Shown here: in pieces, positions 15,019-26,898 of the stretch
How positions within the stretch are numbered: position 1 is the stretch's first letter
How the letters are laid out: every line of letters starts with the position of its first letter
Source of the DNA: the human T2T-CHM13v2.0 reference genome, Homo sapiens
DNA length: 64,000 bases
Reading direction: 5' to 3' (one strand)
Assembly: GCF_009914755.1 (NCBI RefSeq)
Contig: NC_060930.1
Made by a program: the position numbers and the translations under genes
The notes under the pieces: generated by a model
What the model saw: the letters and a program-made list of their open reading frames with translations, nothing else
What the model was told of the DNA's origin: nothing
Databases searched by the model: none

Positions 15019-15206
15019 CAGTGGTAGTCCTCAAAGTGTGATCTTTCAATGGCTATGAACCATTGGAGTTAATTACAAAATGTGCAGATGCTTAGATCTC
15101 CATTTCAGACCTTCTGAAGGCAAATATCTGAGGACAAGACACCCAGTGTCTGTGTTCCAACAGCTCTGTGGATGAATTGATGACACTAAAGTTTGAAAAA
15201 CATTGG
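15019..15206. mobile_element. MER5-type hAT-Charlie DNA transposon
   Basis: Terminal motifs 'cagtggtagtcctcaaagtgtg' and 'cactaaagtttgaaaaacattg'. Confidence 0.7.
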
Positions 15207-17726
15207 CCTCCTCATTAGAGCCTTTCCCATTTGGCTTAGCTTTCCCAGGGTCATCATCTCTGAGTGCTCTGTGTCTTTTGCAATATCTTTCTCTACAGCT
15301 GTAGCTACATCCTATGCACCTTGGACTTCTTACCATGCATTTCCATGTCTAGCCTGCCTTTGAGCAGATTCCTGTGCCTGGAGGGAGTACCTTGTCTCTT
15401 TTTGATGGGCTGTAGAGCGTCTGTCTCACAGAATTCTGGGTTAAAGGTTTTCTCTTCTCTGATGCTTTTCCTAATCATTCCAAACAGCATTTACGGTTTT
15501 CATGTCTGCACCTGGCTGATTACATACTTACACAACTCTTAGAACTAATATTGTATTATTACGCTCTTGGTTGTTAATATTGCTCACAAAATTTTTAGTA
15601 TCCCAATGATTGTGATTGGAATTGGCAACAAATATTTGCAATGAATTGGAAAGGATGTATAAAAGGTGTCTGAGTTGATAACTAAAATCCAAGTTTCCTG
15701 ATAACTATTTATTTAAATTTTGCATATGCTTCCTTAAAGTTATTTGCTGAAGATACAACCCATATAATTTACCTTTTGAAAAGTGATTTGCATTAACATT
15801 TAATAAATGAGTTAAAAAACATCTAAATCACTTTCAGTACTATTGTGGCTGTTACTTTATTACTGGATAAATTGAAGAGCAAACATGGATATCTGTTATT
15901 CTAAATCAGAAGCATCTAAGAGAAGAATGTGTTAATAGATAACTATCTCAGATAGAAGTAAATACAACACAATAAAAGTATGACAACTACTTAAAAACAT
16001 CAAAAGAGATACACATATTCTACACGATTTTTTGCCTCCTACAGAACACCGAATGAGCTAATTTCACTAGTCAAACAAATAAAGCATGAAAACAGGGGTT
16101 CTGAAGAGCAAGAACAGCCCTCTGGGATGAAAAGTGAGTAATTTTTACTTAAAAAAGATGTACACAGTGTCCTCTTATACAGCAGAGTGCTTGTGTCACT
16201 GTTCCCAAGCCTTTTTTTTCTGACAATGAGAGCTATATTCAATTAACCTGCTGTCTGAGAGATAGATGGTGGAGACATTTTAATGCACCAAAAGTGTTGA
16301 GATAGGACATTGGATTACATTGTTATTTCAGATCAATAAATATACATTGGAGTCTGAGGATCAAATTTAAGGTGGCTATGACCTACTAGTTTTTTGCATA
16401 AAAATCTGAGCAACTAACCAGTTGGATAAAATATAAACAAATAAGTAACTGTAAAAACCTAAACAAATAACGGGTTGTATAAAACCTGAATGTCTAACTT
16501 TCCAGTCTACAATAAGATTACGTGATTTATACCCTTTGATTTCCGTTCTTCCTCTTATTCCTTACTCCAGATTTCTGACTGGGGTCCTGTATTTGAATCT
16601 TATTAATTCCCTTAGTCTTTGTTATCCCTAATTATAGAGCTGTCAATCTCAAAACCCACAAAAGAGGGAAATTTGAAAACATTCTGGATTTGTATTATAC
16701 TATTGAATGCATTGTGGGTTTTTTCATGTAGCTGGAAGGAGACAGCTTTAAATGAACTTTTCACAGGGAAAAAATAGGTGAGTGTTTAACAGGAAAAAAA
16801 GAAATTGACAGACATATAATTATTTTAGTGTCTCCATTTTGTTTCTTTCTTCCTTTTTGTCAGCTGCCTTCTCTCTTGACTCACCAACATACTCCCCAAA
16901 AGTTGTTTTGTTCAGTGCTCTTTCATCACATGTACAAAGCAGGCTGAACAGGCATCTGCTTAGGTTTTCTTCTTCAGGTAAAGCCTGCAGAGTTGAGCTC
17001 CAGGAGCTGGAGGATTGAAACCTTCAGAATCCCAGGGGATTTGACCCACAGCAAGAGCAATAGACTCAAAAGTTGCATACAGAAGAACTGCCCTGCAATT
17101 GTGATTTTTCAACACAAAAACCATTCATGTGGGCACAAGCCAGGAGGATCTATAAAACAATCGACCACATGTTTTCAATTAGCGAGGAGCCAAGAAATGC
17201 ACATGAGTTGAATGCCAGAAATGAGTTTCACTCTGTATGCATGTCAATATCCTTGTAATCCTACTGGCATCTATAATAATTATGATTCAGGTGAAGGAAA
17301 CAAAAAGAAGTCAGAGGTGATATGCAAAAAATGTTTTGCAAAATGAAAGAGAGAAGACAGGAGAATACTTCAATAGGGAATTACTCTAATTTTATGAATT
17401 TTAGCTTTTTATCCCTTTGTATGGTAGCTGTTTCTATAACTGGCTTATCTAGAGATGCCATTAAAATCCAATAGATTTTATAAAAAATATGCATGTTTCA
17501 AACATTTAGAAGGCTGCATTTATTGAAGAGAAATCCCACAATGTGTATTTTAGTATCTTATGGTCAAAAATATAAAGTATTTACTCTTTATCCCAAATAT
17601 CTAAAACAGAAAGATCAGCGCAAAACAAAAACTTGCTAAATATTAAAATGCTTATTTTTGAAATTACAGTTTTTTAGATAACATATATAAGTTATATGTT
17701 TTGTATCTATATAATATATATCATTG

Positions 17727-17852
17727 GTTTTGTATACTTTAAATGAAAATTAGATATATGTTATAATATCTGAGATATTATTTAAATGAAAATTAGATAT
17801 ATATCTAATTAGATATATATCTAATTTTCGTTTAAATAAAAGTATACAAAAC
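17727..17852. repeat. Nested AT-rich palindromes
   Basis: 62-bp spacerless palindrome at 17778-17839 with one mismatched pair, a 19-bp hairpin at 17763-17781, and 14-bp outer arms at 17727-17740/17839-17852. Confidence 0.9.
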
Positions 17853-18961
17853 TAATTCTACGTGTTAAATTATTACTTAATTGTAACTAAATTATATTAG
17901 CACAGCTATTAGAAATCATGTTTTAGATTCATTTTATAAAAAGGGAAAGGTGATAGACTAGAGAATTGCTTTAGAGACATTATCATCTTTATTTAAAGAA
18001 TTCATACCTGGTATTATCCTTTGACATTTCACATGCATTCTATGAATATGTATTGATATAAGTCCAGATGAGATTATTTCCATAAAATCTGTCTGGTAGA
18101 TTGCCGAATAAGCATTAGTAATATATTGGTGGAAACTGGCTGAATGTTTCCTTATTAGTAGAATGTCTAAAATAGTATATCTTGATACACTATTTATTTC
18201 ACTATGACTTCAACTATGAAATTTTTGTCTAAAATCAACAGGAGATGGACTGATTTTCTTACCAAAAGAATTGTAATATTATCAGTTATTTTAAAGGCAG
18301 ATAGACTCAATCCTCCAGAATCCAGAATTTAGCTTCATTAAAGAAAATACTTACCTTTCCTTCATAAGGATTATGGTCATTTATTTTATCCCATCCCATT
18401 TTAAACTTCCTGACTTTCCTTCTCTTGTTACACTCTAATTACTTTTAAAATATGCAAACTGGACTTTAAAATTAAGGATTACTTGATTCTTGTGACTCTA
18501 ATATAATCACACATTTCTTTCATGACATGGAAGGTAACTTATCATACTATATGAAAGGTGGTTCTTTATTCCAAAGGGAACTGGAATGAATGTCAGATTT
18601 ATCTAAGGGAAAAAATGTTAGTGACACTTTATATCAATTGCTTTTTCTCTTCCCAAAATGCAAATTCGTTTAATATTTGGTAGCAACTAACAAATTATAA
18701 TAAATGACTCAGGACTGCTGGGCTGGTGATAATGTTGAAGCACATTTTTTTTTCTTCTGTGAAGAATTAGTCAATCAAGCCATCAACAAATATATGTGAT
18801 TAATAAAACTATATTTATTTCCTCCAGCTTGAAATTTCTACTTATTATACTCTAAGCAAGATGCAATGCTAAGTGCTTAGATGGTTCCCAAGTTCTTTTT
18901 GTAAGGCACACTAAGTAAAAACAAAGATACACTTTCAAAGACACATATGGTAATTAAAGCT

Positions 18962-19425
18962 TCAGTAGTTTAAATAATTGTTCAAAATTATTAGTTACAT
19001 CCCTCCTTTTACTTTCATGGAGGAGTGTATTTTCCTGCTCCTTGCCTTTGGACTCAGCCATATAAATTGCTTTGGCTAGTGGAATATTAGTAATCATGAT
19101 GAAAGCAGGGACTTGAAATGTTTATTGTTTGGTTGTACGTACTGTCTTTTGCCTCTTCCAATCACTATCAGATGAACAAATCCTGGCTAGGCCTCTTGCT
19201 CAAGGAAGAAAAGTGACAAAAGAACAGGGCGACCTAGCTAACTTAACAGACCTGCAGCTTGAACCCAAGCTGCACAGAAGTATCAGCCTAGTCCTGAAAC
19301 ACCCCACAGACAAGTTAGTTAACCCAACTAAATTCACAGATAATTCACATGCATGAGATGCATGAGAAGAACTTCTTTTTGCATGCCATATTTTATTGTC
19401 TGTTACAGAGAAATAGTGGACTGAG
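18962..19425 (+). mobile_element. Old MaLR LTR (MLT1I/J-like)
   Basis: 'ggagtgtattttcctgctccttgcctttggactcagccatataaattgctttggctagtggaatattag' matches the MLT1 motif. Confidence 0.65.
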
Positions 19426-19431
19426 ATAAAA

Positions 19432-20010
19432 GCTAATATTTATTTATTAATCTCTTACTATGTGCCAGATACTATTCAAGAGCATTATATTTATCAAATT
19501 TTAAAATTGTTATCATTTTGAGACAGGGTCTCACTTTGTCAATCAGGCTGGAGTGCAGTGGTGTGATCTTGGCTCACTGCGGCCTCAACCTCCCACCTCA
19601 GCTTCCTGAGTAGCTGGGACTATAGGCATGCAACACCATACCCAGTTAAATTTGTTTGTATTTTTGGTAGAGACGGGGTTTCACCATGTTGCCCGGTGTG
19701 GTCTTGAACTCTTGAGCTCAAGCAATCTGCTCACCTTGGCCTCCAAATTGTTGGGATTACAGGTGTGAGCCACCATGCCTAGCCTATTTATCCATTTTAA
19801 AAAATCTTCATTACAATTCTATGTGATTATTGCAATTAGCATCCCTCTTTTACTCTAAAGGAAACTGAGACACAGAGAGTTAAAAATGTGTCTAATATGG
19901 ATATGGCAAAGCAATTCATATTCTTGCCGTGTATGTGTGTATCTTTGTGTGTGTGTGTGTGTGTGTGTAGAACTTGAGTTCCAGAGCCACTCAAGTTACT
20001 GACCCTCAAT
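19432..20010 (-). mobile_element. MIR SINE interrupted by an AluJ and a (TG)n tract
   Basis: 'cttactatgtgccagatactatt' lies left of the Alu and 'ggaaactgagacacagagagtt' right of it; (TG)n at ~19930-19968. Confidence 0.7.
19507..19784 (-). mobile_element. AluJ with a short internal deletion
   Basis: AluJ diagnostics 'gagacagggtctcact' and 'gagctcaagcaatctg'; TSD tatttatcaaattttaaaa/tatttatccattttaaaa. Confidence 0.9.
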
Positions 20011-20655
20011 AAATGTGACACATTTAACTTAAGCCAGTATGCAACACGGGGTGGTAATAATCAATATAAACATTTTAAAAAATAGAGAAATCATTTTTAC
20101 CCAGAATGGACAGGGACCTAGAATAGATGAGAAATGAATAAAGATGCTTCTTTAGCACCATAGCTCCAAGGGAGGCATCTGTACCTCTGAGCAATCAATC
20201 GTAGCTGATAAGTTTATTGTTTAAAAATATTCAAAACAAGAGAGATCCACAAGCAAATGAATGTAAGGGAAAAAAACAATTCTAGTTTCTTTCTATGCAG
20301 CCACTTACTAGGCCTACTCCAAGGACAAGGCTGTGAAATTTATTTTTGGCAATACGGGGCAATGTATTGAGCTACTGTTATTGGTGAGCTGGTTTACCCT
20401 TTTTAAAAGGCATGATCTCAGACCCAGCAACCTCTTTTCCTTTCTCTCTTCTACTTCATGCAAGATCAGGAGAGAAGTGGACTCAAAAACATTTGGGACA
20501 TTTTCCCTCTACCATAGTTTTTCTCTACCCATATGATCATTCTTTCTCTGTTTTACAATTTTCTTTATCTTAGACAGTTAAAGTTTTCTATTGCCTCTAC
20601 GTATAATGCCCTATCGATTTCATATCTTTATACTCAGCATCCTTGTGTATATCTA

Positions 20656-20965
20656 CAGATCTCTAGGGAAGGGACAAAATGTTGCCAGTCTCTTTGCATA
20701 GCAAGAGTCATCTTTACTCCAGTCCCCAACGAGTTTCTCATCTCCATCTGAGACCACCTCAGCCTGAACTTTATTGTCCATATCATTATCAGCATTTGGT
20801 CAAAGCCATTCAACAAGTCTCTAGGAAGTTCCAAACTTTCCCACATTTTTCTGTCTTCTTCTGGGCCCTCCAAACTATTCCAACCTCTGCCTGTTACCCA
20901 GTTCCAAAGTTGTTTCCATATTTTTGGGTATCTTTACAGCAGTACCACATTACCTGGTACCAATT
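20656..20965 (-). mobile_element. THE1 internal sequence (first ~310 bp only)
   Basis: Reverse strand reads as the THE1-int start, including the 'MEGPEEDRKMWESLELPRDLLNGFDQ' MaLR ORF remnant; contiguous with the LTR. Confidence 0.9.
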
Positions 20966-21339
20966 TATTAGTTTGTTCTCACGCTGCTAATAAAGACATA
21001 CTAGAGACTGGGTAATTTATAAAGAAAAAAGTTTTAATTGATTCACAGCTCAGCATGGCTGGGGAGGCCTCACAAAACTTACAATCATGATGGAAGGGGA
21101 AGTAAACGCATCCATTTTCACATGGCAGTAGCAAGGAAAAGTGCCAGGCAAAAGGGGGAAAAGCCCCTTATAAAACCATCAGATCTCGTGAGAGCTCACT
21201 CACTATCATGAGAACAGTATGCGGGTAACTGTCCCCAAGATTCAATTACCTCCCACCAGGCCTCTCCCACAACATGTGGAGATTCTGGGAACTACAAGTC
21301 AAGAGAAGATTTGAGTGGGGACACAGCCAAACCATATCA
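20966..21339 (-). mobile_element. THE1C-like 5' LTR
   Basis: Runs from 'ttagtttgttctcacgctgctaataaagacatac' through 'aaagccccttataaaaccatcagatctcgtg' to 'acacagccaaaccatatca'. Confidence 0.9.
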
Positions 21340-21469
21340 GAGAGAGAGAGTGAGAAAGAGGTGGGGAGATAGACAGAGAGAGGGAGGAAAATTGCCACAC
21401 TACAATTGTGTTGAACTGAAGATCTTACATGGGGATATTGTGAAGGAAATTCTCTTTATGGAAAGGAAG

Positions 21470-21685
21470 ATAACTAATATATACTGAGCACATTTTAAGT
21501 AGGTATCACACAAGAGATATTCTTTCTCTACTGCTGCTTAGTTTTTACAGTGTTTCCATTTGTTATACTTTATGGCTGAATTCAATGAGACACAGAGAGG
21601 GTAAGTAAGTTGCAAACTGTCTTTGGCTTGGGAAGCAGTGGTGCTGGGACCCTGTCTGGATCAAAAGTCCACTACTACTATCATG
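21470..21685 (-). mobile_element. MIR SINE
   Basis: 'taatatatactgagcacatttt' and 'tgagacacagagagggtaagtaagttgc' are MIR motifs. Confidence 0.6.
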
Positions 21686-23149
21686 CTTGTGACTTGTCTT
21701 AAGAGAAGTAAGTTAAACTAAGGATTTTGTCTTTCATTAATTTATGTATGATTTTCACATGGATCTTAAGGAACTGCAGTTATGATAGTCTTGAAGTGCA
21801 GTACTTTCCAGAGATGCTGATTTTTATTTGTGTAAGCAAAGTTAGCTTACCTGAAAGGAAGCCGTTTCTGAGGAGATACCTGTGCAGTGTGTCAACCTTT
21901 TCTTACTACACACATAGGCTTAGGTTCAGGCCTGATGAATTATACTTAACCTACCCTCTGGTTAATATTTGCCTTTGGCTGATGCTCAAAATCAAGTTCA
22001 TATTGGTGCTAATATAAAATCTAAGGCGAGAAAAGCCTATGGCTTTCCATTGCTTTTTCAAAAAACATCAACATAAAGAAACTAGATTTACTTTGTCCTA
22101 CTATTAACAGTTCATTGAAAGTAGAGGTTCAAGTGAAACTTCACTGCTGCCAAAATATAGGGGCAGACACACCCAGAATAAGCTTCTGCAAGTATCAGTG
22201 GCTGAAGGCCTGGAGTGAATAGCTGCTTTTCAAAATTTTCAGGAATAAAGATGAAGAATGGCTATAGGGATCGTCTTCAGCACAAATCTGATTATCCTTC
22301 TGAATTAGGTTGCCTAATGTGCTGTGTTTTCTTCTGTCTATTCTCCAGCTGCCTGGAGCCTCCTTCCCTCATTCAGAACCCACTATCCTGTCCTCTGGGC
22401 TGGGCTGGTAAGAGGGTACATGTGCTCTCCCCTTGGCAAAGATCACAGAAACTGACATCTTTTCTGAATTCTGGCTTGTAAAGAGGGGTATTATTTTTGT
22501 GGTTGCTTTTGCTCTTTATTGAAAAAATCCCTTTTTCTCAAATGCCTATTTTTAAGTTAAGTAGTGGTTTCCATCTAGTGCAATAGAGGTATTTCTCTTT
22601 AATAATTTCTCTGTTCATATTTTTCATGATGGTTACAGCTAAAATTATTTAATTCCACTTTTTATCATCATTTTAAATACTTGTTAAATACTTAATGGTT
22701 CATACTGAGGAGCGGTCAAATATGGTCCTGAATTCTGAGCTTCTCCAGATCATTAAAAACTGGCAATTTACTTACCATATTTTCTTTTTCTGATAAAACA
22801 AAAGAAATCATATTATAAATGACATACATAACTCTGAGTGGTATTAAGGGAGTATGTTTTTAATAGAACTAGGTCTGTTTATTATGCTGTGAATTAAAGA
22901 ATTATAGCACTTGAGAAATCTTAATGTTTACTGTGAAATTTGCTAGGTGCTATATGTCAACGCAGCAGTTACACACTGCTTGACTCATTCCAGAAGCCCT
23001 GATTCCCCAGGTACAGCTAACCTAGCCAAGTCTCTTTTGGTCAGTAGTTGAGAGACTTACAAAAGTTTAGGATCTTAGATTGTTAAGAATTAGATGGATT
23101 TAGAATATTATCAAGTTTAATCCTCTTTATTTTACTTAAAACGAAATTT

Positions 23150-24033
23150 AGGCAAAGTTCTCAACTTTGGTGGGCTTCAGAATCATTTGGAGACCTTGCT
23201 AAGGCACAGATTGCTGGGCCCCACACCCAAAATTTTGATTCACTAGGTCTGTATGAGATCAAAGAGTATTTCTTTTTTTTTCTAACTTTTAAAATAGTTA
23301 AATTCAAGGAATTGATCCTTTGCTTTTCATTTATTTTTTAAAATGTTTTAATTGAAATCATATATATTTAAGGCATACAATATGATGTTTTCATACATAT
23401 ATATACATAGTGAACTGATTACTACAGTCCAGCCAACTGACATATTCATCTCTTCACAAAGTTACTTTTTTCTTCATATCTACTCTTTTAGCAAATTTCA
23501 AGTGTACAATAAACTATTACTAACTATAGTCCAATATCTTTCCATTCCCCTGTCCCTCCACCCCTGGCAACTACCACTTCATTTTTTCCTGCTATGAATT
23601 CGACTTTCTTTGATTACACACATCATAGCATTTTTGCTTTCTCTATGTGGCTTATTTTGCACAGCATAATGTGCTCCAGGTTCATCTATGGCAGAATTTC
23701 CTTCCTTTTTAAGGCTAATTAATATTCCATTGTATGTATATAATACAATTCTGTATCCATTAATCTGTTAACAGACCCTTTGGTTGTTTCCGTATCTTGG
23801 CTACTGTGAATAATGAACACACAATGAACATGGGCCTGCAGATATCTCTTCAATGGACTGACTTCATTTCCTTTGTATATTTATATCTCCAGAAGAAGGA
23901 CTGCTAAATCATACAGTAGTTCTATTTCTAATTATTTTAGAAACTGCCGTGTTGTTTTCTGAAAGTACTTATTTCTAACAAGTTCCCAGGTGATCCTGAT
24001 GCTGCTGGTCCCCAGACCACTCTGGAAGAACTT
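23150..24033. mobile_element. MER5A split in two by an L1MA insertion
   Basis: Left half 'ttctcaactttgg..cagaatcatttggagaccttg..cagattgctgggcccca' at 23150-23270; right half 'atttctaacaagttcccaggtgatcctgatgctgctggtcc' at 23965-24033. Confidence 0.85.
23330..23960 (-). mobile_element. L1MA (MA8-10-like) 3' fragment
   Basis: 'tatatttaaggcatacaatatgatgtttt', 'ctactcttttagcaaatttcaagtgtacaat' and 'gtatcttggctactgtgaataat' are L1MA 3' motifs. Confidence 0.85.
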
Positions 24034-24050
24034 AAAGAACTGGCTTAAGG

Positions 24051-24748
24051 GTTGTCTTGGCGATGCGGGCTCTTTTTTGGTTCCACATGAACTTTAAAGT
24101 AGTTTTTTCCAATTCTGTGAAGAAAGTCATTGGTAGCTTGATGGGGATGGCATTCCATCTATAAATTACCTTGGGCAGTATGGCCATTTTCATGATATTG
24201 ATTCTTCCTATCCATGAGCATGGAATGTTCTTCCATTTGTTTGTGTCCTCTATAAAGACACATGCACACGTATGTTTACTGTGGCACCATTCACAATAGC
24301 AAAGACTTGGAACCAACCAAAATGTCCATCAATGATAGACTGGATTAAGGAAATGTAGCACATGTACACCATGGAATACTATGCAGCCATAAGAAAGGAT
24401 GAGTTAATGTCCCTTGCAGGGACATGGATGAAGCTGGAAACCATCATTCTCAGCAAACTATCGCAGGGACAGAAAACCAAACACCGCATGTTCTCACTCA
24501 TAGGTGGGAACTGAACAATGAGAACACTTGGACACCAGGGCCTGTCGTGGGGTGGGGGGATGGGGGACGGGTAGCATTAGGAGAAATACCTAATGTAAAT
24601 GATGAGTTGATGGCTGCAGCAAAGCAACATGGCACATGTATACATATGTAACAAACCTGCACGTTGTGCACATGTATCCTAGAACTTAAGTATAATAAAA
24701 ACAAACAAACAAACAAAAAACAAAAAAACAAAAAGAAAAAACACAAAA
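24051..24748 (+). mobile_element. L1PA (PA5/6-like) with 5' inversion (twin priming)
   Basis: 24051-~24250 is antisense ORF2 ([13 protein letters not shown]...AKTT); ~24251-24748 is the sense ORF2 end, 3' UTR and A-rich tail; TSD aactggcttaagg at 24038-24050 and 24749-24761. Confidence 0.93.
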
Positions 24749-26065
24749 AACTGGCTTAAGGAACAAATTAAGAGCCAAAACCTGTACCTCTTCACTTCCA
24801 AAGCAGTGTTTGGCCACTATACCATGTGTCCTTTGTTGAGGAGATTTCAGTTCCAAAAATGATAAATAATGTCCTGAAGTCCTTTCTCATCTGTAGCTAC
24901 CTCATTTGGGAATCTCAATGACCATGAAAGCAGGTCTTGGGACATTGGGTTTAAGCAGCATTAGTACTCATTTTAACAAAACCTGTCCCAAGGAAGGGGT
25001 GCTGCCTGCTCTATGGAGCCCTCCAATCTTGAGAGGACAGAGGAGATGGAAACAAAGATCTAGGCTAAAGCAACTAGTCCTTGGCAGGGAGGAGATGAGG
25101 AGACCCTGACAAAAGTGTCCACAGAAGGATGAAAAGAACAAAAAGAAGAAGGGAGATCTTCACCCATACTGAACACTGTCCCATTGTCCTTTCTATTTTT
25201 TTATTTTTTCCTCTGGGAATAAGAAGTATTTAAATTTTATTTTGGATCTTCTTTTTGTTATATTAGGAAACTGTAAGTTGAATAATCCTATATTAATATT
25301 ATTAACATAAACTATATTACAGATTTTCTTTTCTAAGAATTTCTTTTCTCTAAACCAACAGAAGACTTTGTACCAAATATCAGGTAAGCAGCCACATCTA
25401 GTATTTTTCAATGAGTCTGCTGTCTGAAACCCAGCCTAGGCCTATCTTTATCTCCAAGTTGCAGGTGTAACTACACCACAGGCCTCTCACCTCCTATCTG
25501 CTGAGCTAAGCAGGTCATCAGCACCACTCAACTGGTAATCTCACTGCCCACAGCTGCCAATTTTGTGAGAGGCTGGAATAGCTAATGAAGGTAGGTGTGC
25601 ATTCATTTGCAGAGGATTCACAAGCAGTGTCTATTTTAAATCTTTGCTCCTTTCATCATTTCTCTGTCATCCAGCCCCAAACTCCACCCCAAATAAAAGT
25701 TTCCACAGAAGAAAATCTGTCATGGCAGGTGTCGGTCAATGAAGCAGAAAAAAATTCCTATTTATTCCACAGTCTGCAGGTTGTATGATCAGGGAATTAT
25801 AACCAATTTAGAGCTTTATGGTACCTTCTTTATAAGCAAATTATAAATAGATCTATTAAGTTTAACAGATAACATGGAAGAAGCAGGAATAATAAAATTT
25901 GAAAAAAATTGAGAAAAAAATCACTTTAGAGGCCCATAGATACATGCTCTTAAAACATCTTCTGGGGTTCCTAGTGTTGCCACTTGAAGCATGAGGTATT
26001 ATAAGCAATGTTCAGTAAATTCTTTTTAGGTTCCAAACTATTCATACAAAATATAACTTACGACA

Positions 26066-26250
26066 CTTCATCTTGGATCTTTCTAGATATTTCTTGGATC
26101 TTTCTTGAATTACAACACATGACTGCAGATTTGATGCTCCATCTTGGATCTTTATGGATATTTCTTGGATCTTTCTTGGATTATACTAAGTGACTACATA
26201 TCTGATGCTTCATCTTGGATCTCGCTGAAGATTTTCGATGCTTCATCTTG
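26066..26250. repeat. Two-level tandem repeat: 71-bp unit built on an 11-bp subunit
   Basis: Unit starts 'ct(t/c)catcttggatct' at 26066, 26137 and 26208 (period 71), with a partial start at 26241; the subunit tcttggatctt recurs within each unit. Confidence 0.85.
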
Positions 26251-26495
26251 TATATGCATCTTTATTTCCCCCTCCTTCTGAGCTCAAGTGTTGTGGGTAT
26301 TCTTATATCCCAGGGGCTTCATCAGCACAACACATTAGCACATCATTTTTTATTTGAAATGTTTTCTCCTTTTCTCCTTGCCTATTTAACTCCTTCCAAT
26401 ATTTCAAGGCTTAAACAAACATCTTCCTCTTATTTTCAGCTTCTTTTAATGATTGCTGTTTATATAAAATTCTCTGCTATGTACTATTATAGTAG

Positions 26496-26560
26496 CATCT
26501 ATCTATGTATCTATCTGTCTACTTACATATCTATCTAACTACTTACCTATCTCTCTATAT
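26496..26560. repeat. Degenerate (TCTA)n
   Basis: catctatctatgtatctatctgtctacttacatatctatct seen directly. Confidence 0.7.
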
Positions 26561-26774
26561 ATTTTTTTTACTACAATTTAGCCCTGGAGCATTTACCTCC
26601 TTGCTTTATTCTCAAATTTCAGGAAGCATCTCTTATATTGGTATGGTTGGGCTACATGATAGCAGCTCAATGAGAACTTAATTATGAAGAGTATCCACTT
26701 CAAGATAAGGCTGATATTTTTAAAAAATGTCATATAGCTTCTAGCTAACAGTCTCCAATCCTATCCATTGACCA

Positions 26775-26898
26775 TGGCTGAATTGTTAAGAGCACAGGCA
26801 TAAGAGTCAGACTGCCTGGGTTTGAGTTCAGATTCTACCACTAAGAGAGCATTTTGTACCTCAGGTTCTTCACATATAAAATTAGAATAATAACACCC
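26775..26898 (+). mobile_element. MIR SINE
   Basis: 'gttaagagcacaggc..gagtcagactgcctggg..' and 'tacctcaggttcttcacatataaaattagaataataacacc'. Confidence 0.75.

Noticed and set aside
16960-17260. Possible exon (pyrimidine tract, AG and overlapping short ORFs)
   Set aside because: No homology recognised and no consistent donor/acceptor pair; cannot be supported from sequence alone.
26066-26250. CRISPR-like repeat-spacer appearance
   Set aside because: Eukaryotic DNA, the 'spacers' are homologous to each other, and there are no cas genes; it is a tandem duplication.
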